Below, in pieces: positions 48,901 to 57,900 of a DNA stretch of 64,000 nt (positions are counted from its first letter, which is position 1; every line of letters starts with the position of its first letter). The translations under genes and the position numbers were made by a program. The notes under the pieces are model-generated. The model was given only the letters and a program-made list of their open reading frames with translations, was not told the origin of the DNA and did not search any database. This stretch comes from Squalus acanthias (taxonomy: Eukaryota), in assembly GCA_030390025.1 (NCBI GenBank), contig CM059432.1, positions 152,088,001 through 152,152,000 on the forward strand. The letters run 5' to 3'.

Positions 48901-51900
48901 CCTAATACTGTGCCACTCCTCAGTGTTTCCTCAGTAGAAGGAGGAAGTGAGGTGGATGAATACCAGATGTCGGTGCCTGTCTCTAACAATGGTTGAAAAA
49001 AAAGGGCATGCCTGTGCATTTAGAAGATAAATAAACAGTCGGCAGAGTGCTGAGCATTCTTGCAATGCAAAGCAGGGGGTGCGGGCGGGGAGAGAAAGGG
49101 TTCCAGATTTCCACTACCCCACCCTTTATGTGAAGAAGTGCTTCCTGACATCACCCCTGAACGACCTAGCTCTAATTTTAAGGTTATGACCCCTTGTTCT
49201 GGACTCTCTTTTCTCTCTCTCCTCTTCCCCCCCCCCCCCACACCAGAGGAAATAGTTTTGCTCTTTCCACTCTGTCGAATCCTTTAATCATAAACATATC
49301 ACCCCTTAATCTTCTATACTTGAGAGAATACAAACCTAGTCTATGCAACCTCTCCTAATTTATAGAGTCAAAGATACTTACAGCACAGAAGGAGGCCATT
49401 CGACCCATCGTGCCTGTGCTGGCTCTTTGAAAGAATAGTTATGCTTAGTCCCACATCCCCACTTTTTGTCCGTAACTCTGTAGGTTCCTCATCCTCAAGT
49501 ACCTGTCCATCGCCCTTTTAAAATTATTTATGGAATCTGTTTCCACCACCTTTTCAGGTAGAACGTTCCAGATCCCGACAACTGATTAAAAAAGTTTCTC
49601 CTCATCTTCCCGCTCAATCTTTTGCCAATTATTTTGAATCTATGACCCGTGGTTGTTGACCAGAGGGAATATCTTTATCTACTCTATCAAAACCTCTCAT
49701 CATCTTGAAAACCTCTATTAGGCCACCTCTTAACCTTCTCTGTTCCAAGGAGAACCGTCTTAAGTTTTGCAACCTCTCCTGATAAATGAAGTCCCTCATC
49801 CCTGGTAAACCTCCTGTACCCTTTCTAAGGCCTTTAAATCTTTCTTGAAGTGTGGTGCCCAGAATTGTCCACAATACTCCAGCTGGGGCCTCACCAGTGA
49901 TTTATAAAGTTCCAGCATGATCTCTTTGCTTTTATATTCTATTCCTCTGTTTATAAACCCAAGTAACCCATATGCTTTTTAACTACCTTATCAACTTGCT
50001 CTGCCACCTTTAAGGATTTATGTATATGGACACCAAGGTGTCTCTGCTCATCTACACGTTTCAGAATCGTGCCATTTATAGTATACTGTCTTTCCAGATT
50101 AGTCCTCCCAAAGTGCATCACTTCACACTTCGCTTCTGCCCAGTTCACCATCCTGTCCATGTCATCCTGAAGTCTACAACAATCCTCATCATTACTACTT
50201 TGCCAAGTTTAGTATCATCTGTAAACTTTATAATGATACTCCCTACACCCGAGTCTAGGTCGTTTGTAAAAAGTGAAAAGAGTAATGGACTCAAAACTGA
50301 TCCTTGGGGGATCACCACTGCAAACCACCTCCCAGTCTGAAAAACACCCATCCACCACCACCCTCTGCTTCCTGGCACTGAGCCATTTTTTTTTAATCCG
50401 TGCTGCCGCTTTCCCCTTAATTCCAGTAGCTTCTATCTTCACCCTTTTAGAGTTCAATTTTTGTGAATCTGTGTTGCACTGCCTCCAGGGCAAATATGTA
50501 AAACACCATTGTAAAGTGAGGGAAAATGTGAGTTGTATTTAACCTTGCCAGCTTTTGTGAGAACAGCAAATTTCTTCCACATCTGCTGCCAGCTTCGGTG
50601 TAGAGGTGAGACATTATTAACTTTGGCAGCTTCATCCAGGCTGCTATGGCGGTACTCTTGACTGTAGGGTGTCCCTCTGCTCCCAAAAGATCCATCTCTT
50701 TCTGTAGGACCTCCAAAACCATTTTGGGCATTTGGAGGCGTTTCCTTTTAAGGGCAAACCAGCAGTCTTTTAAGAGCTGCTGTCCGTGGAAATTACATTT
50801 TGAGAACATGCCATGCATGCTCCCAGACCGCCAAGAGTGCCGCACTTGCATAGATGACCTTGTATTATAGTGCAAGGTCACATTTCTTCACTACAGGCGC
50901 CCAGTATAGAACCAGCAGTGGTGCCAGTGCTTCTGTGCTGGGACTGCATTATTAACTCCTATCCATTTATATGTCTAACACCTAATCCCCATGTTGAAAA
51001 GGTATATCTAAGCTTTGATAGTTCTAACAATATTTCAACTGTAGTCCTGTAACAAATGAGCTAGAATTCAGCGACTGCATTCTGTGATCTCAGGAGCAGG
51101 TCTGAGAGATGTCTGTTTGAAACAGGACGTCATTACGAGAGTGAACATTGTCCAACTCTCTAAAAAAATGTTTACCTTGCTGCTTCACTATTGGATCACC
51201 TATTAAAAAAATAAAATAATGCAGTTGCAACAGATAAGTCCAGATGCCTGACTTTGAAGTGTATATTTTGATGAAATTAATAAAGCCAAAATTCTTAAAG
51301 CCACATTTAATCTTGGCAGAAGATAATATAAATGTACACAAACACGCACACATTTGGAGAAAATGTGTTTATTGGTGTAAAACCTGACATGCTAGCTATT
51401 TCTGTGATTCTTAATGAACCAGAGAGTGAATAAGGTTGCATTCACCTTTAGCTATGATATTCCTGCTGGACTGTGGCACACCTGGTGAAGTTGCCATGCG
51501 CTTAAAACATAGGATAACAACCACCTGCACTAAACTGTGAGAATGATGTATCTTTGAAATAATGTAATGTGTTTTTTAAGAAGAGGAAGGCTCTTTCAAT
51601 AACAGTTCACTGTCCATGTCTGACAGTGACTTCATTTTCACATACTGAGTTCTACAGAATGGCTGGGACCCAGATACACTGAGTAGTTCCTATTAGGCCT
51701 TGTAAGGGGCAGAGCCTCCACTTGCTACATACAAGGCCATTGACATGGAGAGGCCTGGACAGGGACACTGGAAAGTCGAGAGTTCCTGTGCTCCAGCTGG
51801 TCAGTTGAAACCCAACATGCAGTCAGCATATTTTTGCGACCAGGCATACCAGTCAATCAAGGTGGCAGAAGTGGGACTGAAGTTTTTTTTAAAATAATTA

Positions 51901-54900
51901 AAAGTGGCCCCATTAATAAAGGGGCTGTGGGGCTACTTTATTTCAGTGAGGATCCCTGTCTGGCTCCTCGGTTTAGATGAAGAAGGGTAGGAGGAGGCTC
52001 ATGTGGAGCATAAACATTGGCATGGATCTTTTGGGCCGAATGGCCTGTTTCTGTGCTGTAAATACTTTGTAATCCTATGCCACTGTATGCAGCCTCTTCT
52101 GGGGCAGTCCAGATGTGTGTGTCTCAGCATCAAAGATTCACTTCTGGCATTGCTCCCTAACCCCATAAAATACAGTGATGGAGGTGCGCCCTGGCACTTG
52201 TGCCGAGATGCAGCTATTACAGGCCCCCCCCCCCCAGGATTTTTGGGGGTCACTATCTTCTACTTGAGCATGAAGAAAGACAATCTTAGACACCTCTAGT
52301 AGTGCACATGCATCTTAGTTAATTATGAGGCTTCTAGCGCAGGAAGTGCTTACAACTCTGGTATGTCAGTTTTAGCACACGAGCTTCACGCTTCATTTCC
52401 TGTGTTTCCTGTTGAGGTTGATGAAGGCTGCATGTACTAGTTCATCTCTGGAGCAGTAACCACCTTATTTAAGATGGTGAACTAGATTGTTCACCATTTA
52501 GATTCTTCGGTGTTGATTATGGTCTCTGCCCAGCTTTCTCCTTCAGATTTCCATGGTTGTGTGTGTAGATGCATTCATCTTCACCATGTCCACTGCACTT
52601 AATTGGAACTTGAATTTTCCCTAAGTTGAACTTTGGGGGTCTCTTCTTCCCCCCCCCCCTCCCTCCTATTTAAAGTAAAAGTTCTTGTTAAATATTTGTG
52701 GTTGAGGAGGAAACATTTTTCCTATTCAGACAGAATGGTTTCTCTTTGCTTTCCCTTAGGAAAGATATTGGAGCTACTTCTCTTATTACTGAGATGTGTG
52801 CTTTGGATCATTGATTTACTGCATGCATACAGCAGCCTATTGCTGCATCCAGAACATTTATACGCACTTACGGCAAAAGTGTTTTGAACCCGATATGTAA
52901 ATACATTGACTATGCACTTCAGCAATCTGTTGCAGAAAAGCTATAATACATGGGTATACTGAAAAGGTTCCATGGCATACAATATTAAAAACTTGCCTTG
53001 TCTAAAATAAAAACGAGTAAAACTTATTCTAATGACGATTCTTAAAGGTAATGTACATGGTCCCTCTTGGAATGCTCTGTGGGGCTAACTATAAATTGTA
53101 GATGTTTTCCTAAGAGAATCTAATGTTGACTGCTTATAATTCATTCAGAGTAACAGTCTGAAGATTACTGGCCATAGAACAGCTGATTAAAAAAAAAATT
53201 AAAAAATTATTCATTCATGGGATGTGGTCGTCGCTAGTAGGGCCAACATTATTGCCCATCCCTAATTGACCTCGAAGATGGCGGTGAGCCAACTTGTTGA
53301 ACCGTTGCAGTCCGTGTGGTGAAGGTACTCCCACAGTGCTGTTAGGTAGGGAGTTCCAGGATTTTGACCCAGCGACGATGAAGGAACGGCGATATAGTTC
53401 CAAGTCAGGATGGTGTGTGACTTGGAAGGGAACTTGGAGGTGGTGGTATTCCCACGCACTTGTTACCCTTGTCCTAGGTGGTAGAGGTTGCGGGTTTGGG
53501 AGGTGCTGTCGAAGAAGCCATGGTGGTGGATGGGGTGCCAATCAAGCCGGCTGCATTGTCCTAGATGGTGTCGAGTTTCTTGAGTGTTTTTGGAGCTGCA
53601 CTCATCCAGGCAAGTGGAGAGTATTCCATCACACTCCTGACTTGTGCCTTGTAGATGGTGGAAAGGCTTTGGGGAGTCAGGAGGTCAGTCATTCGCCCAG
53701 AATACCCAGCCTCTCACCTGCTCTTGTAGCCGCAGTATTTATGTGGCTGTTCCAGTTGAGTTTCTGGATGTTGATGGTGGGGTATTTGATGATGGTCATG
53801 CCATTGAATATCATGGGGAGGTGGTTAGATTCACTCTTATTGGAGATGGTCATTGCTTGGCACTTGTGTGATTTGAATGTCACTTGCCACTTATCAGCCC
53901 AAGCGTGGATGTAGTCCAGGTCTTGCTGCACGTGGACATGGACTGCTTCATTATCTGAGAAATTGTGAATGGAACTGAACACAGTGCAATCATCAGCGAA
54001 CATCCCTGTGCCGCTTGATAGCACTGTTAACGACACCTTCCACACTGTTGATGATTGAGAGTAGGCTGATGGGGCGGGAATTGGCCAGATTGGATTTAAC
54101 CTTTTTTATGGACAGGACATACCTGGGCAATTTTGTCAGGTAGATGCCAGTGTTGTAGCTTTACTGGAACATTGGGGCGAGTTCTGGAGCACAAGTCTTC
54201 AGCACTACATCCGGGATGTTGTCAAGGCCCATAGCCTTTGCTGTATCCAGTGCACTTAGCCATTTCTTGATATCACGTGGAGTGAATCGAATTGGCTGAA
54301 GACTGGCTTCTGTAATGATGGGGACCTCTGGAGGAGGCAGAACTGGAACATCCACTTGGCACTTCTGCCTGAAGCTGGTTGCAGGCACTTCAGCCTTGTC
54401 TTTTGAACTCGTGCTGGATCCACCATCATTGAGGATGGGGATTTTCATGGAACCGTCTTCCTGTCATTAGTTGTTTTAATTGTCCACCAACATTAGCGAC
54501 TGGATGTGGCGTGGCAGGACCCAGAGCTTTGATCTGATCAGTTGATTGTGGGATCGCTTGGCTCATGCTGCTTCCGCTGTTCAGCATGCGTTGTCGCTTC
54601 ACCAGGTTGGTGGCCTCATTTTCAGGTATGCCTGGTGCTGCTCCTGGCATGCTCTTCTGCACTCCTTGAACCAGGGTTGGTCATCTGGCTTGATGGTAAT
54701 GGCAGAGTGAGGAATATGCCATGAGGTTGCAGATTGTGGTGGAATACAATGTGGCTACTGGGTGCCCAGTTTTGAACTGCTAGATCTGTTCTGAGTCTAT
54801 TGCATTTGGCATGGTGGTATTGCCACACAACTCGATGGAGTGTGTCCTCAGTGTGAAGACAGGACTTCGTCTCCACAAGGACTGTGCGATGATCACTCCT

Positions 54901-57900
54901 ACCAATACCGTCATGGGCAGATTGGTGAAGACCGGGTCAAGTAGGTTTATTCCCTCATATTGATTCTCTCGCTGGTCTGTGGGATAGCTCTTCCAATTTT
55001 TGGCAGGTCCCCAGATGTTAGTGAGGAGGATATGGCTGTTGTAATGTAGGAAACGTGGCAGCCAATTTGCGCACAGCAAGCTTCCACAAACAGCAAAGTG
55101 ATAATGACCAGATAATCTGTTTTAGCGATGTTGATTGAGGGATAAATATTGGCTAGGACTCCAGGGATAACTCCCCTACTCTTCGAAATAGTGCCATAGG
55201 ATCTTTTACGTGCACCTGAGAGGGCAGACAGGGCCTCTGTTTAACATCTCATCTGAAAGACGGCACCTCCGACAGTGCAGCATTCCCTCAGTACTGGCGT
55301 GTCAGCCTAGATTTTTGTGCTCAAGTCTTTGGAGCGGGTCTTGAACCCACAACCTTCTGACTCCGAGGCTACCAACTGAGCCATTATTTTCTTCATTACT
55401 GTTATTTTGCTTACGTTAATTTTGGGGAGTTCCCGTCCCTGATTCAGTATTAGTTTCCTTGAGATGTCCAGCATGCTATCCTCTTCCTCTACGTAAATAG
55501 TCATGCAAAGTAATTATTCAACATGTCCGCCATTTCCTTATTTTCATTAACAATATCACATCAGTTTTCACGGGGCCCACGTTGCTCCTGACCCCCCTCC
55601 TTCTCCTAATATAATTGTAAATAATTTGTTTTGATTTTGATGTCCTTTGGAAGTTTCTTTTCATACTCCCTTATTGTAGCTCTTTTTGTCGCCGTTTGTT
55701 ATTCTTTGTATCTCCCCCAGTTGCTAGGATCTGCTAGTTTTTGCATTTTTATATGCTTTTTCTTTATTTTATGTTGTTCCTTAACTCTTTAGTCATCCAT
55801 GGCTTTTTTTTGGCAAGTGGGGTATAAACTGGTTCTATATCACCTTTAATTCTTTTGTGTTTAAATTCTTGTTTTACCCATTAACAGATTTGCCCAGTTC
55901 ACTGTGGGCAATCTCTGTCTCATCACATTGAAGTTTTTGTCTCATCGTATTGAAGTCAATTTGAACTGAATTCAAAATCACAAACTGCCATGGTGGGAAT
56001 TGAACTCACATCTCTGGATTAGTCCAGGCCTCTTGATTACTGGTCCAGTAACATAAGCGCTATGCTACTGTACTAAGAAATAGCAAGAATTGGTAGATCA
56101 TATCCTGAGGTCAGAATAATTTTATAACCATTCTTTTTTCCCCTTGCCTACCTTTTTAGTGTACCATGCCATCTACCTGGAAGAGCTGACAACAGCAGAA
56201 CTTGCCAAAAAGATTGCTACTATCTTCGGTATATCCCAAAATCAGATAAACCAGGTTTACAGACAGGGTCCTACAGGTATTCATGTTCTTGTCAGTGATC
56301 AGGTAAGTGAGGATTTTGTTTTGGAGAACTGTCTGTGCTGAGTCCAGTAAATGCTGCCATGATCATGACTCCATACAGGGCTGGATTGGGACTGTTCTTA
56401 ACTACATGCAACATTCCATTCACCCCATGAGAATGTAGGTGCCAGCATTGGCTCAGTGGCAGCACTCTTGCCTCGAGTCAGAAGGTCGTGGGATCGAGAT
56501 CCACTAATGAGACATGAGCACATATTCCAGGGTGACACTCAAGGGAATGCTGTACTGTCATTGTACTATCTTTCAGATGACACACTAAACTGAGGCCTCG
56601 TCTGCCTTCTCGGGTGGGCATAAAAGATCCCACAGCACTATTCGAAGAAGAGCAGGGGAGTTCTCCCATTGTCCTGGCCACCATTTATCCCTTGACCAAC
56701 ACCTAAAACAGATCATCTGGTCATTTATTTCATTGCTGTTTGTGGGACCTTGATGTGCACAAATTGGCTGCTGTGTTTCCTACATTACAATAGTGTCTAC
56801 ACTTCAAGGCAGTCCCTCGGAACCGAGGATGACTTGCTTCGACATTAAAAATGAGTTCTCAGGTGACTGAGGAGTCCAATGCGGGACCTACAGTCTCTGT
56901 CACAGGTGGGGCAGACGATGGTTGAAGGGGCGGGTGGGTGGGGTGCTTGGGTTGACGTGTGCTGCTTGCGCTTGGCTTCCGCTTGCTCCCGGCGAAGAGA
57001 CTCGGTGTTCGGTGCTTTCCCGGATGCTTCTCCTCCACTTTTACGGTCTTGGGCCAGGGATTCCCAGGTGTCGGTGGGGTTGTTGCACTTTTTCAAGGCG
57101 GCTTTGAAGGTGTCCTTGAAGCGTTTCCTCTGCCCACCTGGGGCTCTCTTGCCGTGTCGGAGCTCCGAGCAGAGCGCTTGTTTTGAGAGTCTCGTATCGG
57201 GCATGCGGACGATGTGACCCGTCCATCGGAGCTGATCGAGCGTGGTCAAAGCTTTGATGCTGGGGATGTTGGCCTGAGCGAGAACACTGAAGTTGGTGCG
57301 CCTATCCTGCCAATGGATTTGCAGGATCTTGCGGAGGCAGCGTTGGTGGTATCTCTCCAGTGGTTTGAGGTGCCTGCTGTACATGGTCCATGTCCCTGAG
57401 GCATACAGCAGGGCGGGTATCACTGCTGCTCTGTAGACCATGAGCTTAGTGTCGGGTTTGAGGTCCTGGTCTTCAAACACACTCTTCCTCAGGCGACCGA
57501 AGGCTGCACTGGCACACTGAAGGCGGTGTTGGACTTCGTCATCGCAGTCTGCCCTTGTTGACAGTAGGCTCCCAAGGTATGGAAAGTGGTCCACGTTGTC
57601 CAAGGCCTTGCATAGGATTTTGATAATCGGGGGGCAGGTTGGTAGAGGACCTGTCTTACGGATGTTTAGTGTAAGGCCTATGCTCTCGTACGCTTCGGTG
57701 AAGGTGTTGATGCCTGCTTCGCGACGACATGCAAGCAGTGATCCTGACCAACGGTTCCACCACAGACCCAATTCACGTACGGACCGGGTTGTCAAGCAAG
57801 GCTGTGTCATCGCACCAACGCTCTTCTCCATCTCACCCTCAGTAAGCTCCCCGCTGGAGTGGAGCTAATTTACAGAACAAACGGGAAACTGTTCAACCTC

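Noticed and set aside
56845..57831. 328-aa minus-strand ORF as a novel or domesticated gene
   Set aside because: It is the C-terminal part of an RTE ORF; its apparent N-terminus is antisense RT read through the inversion junction.
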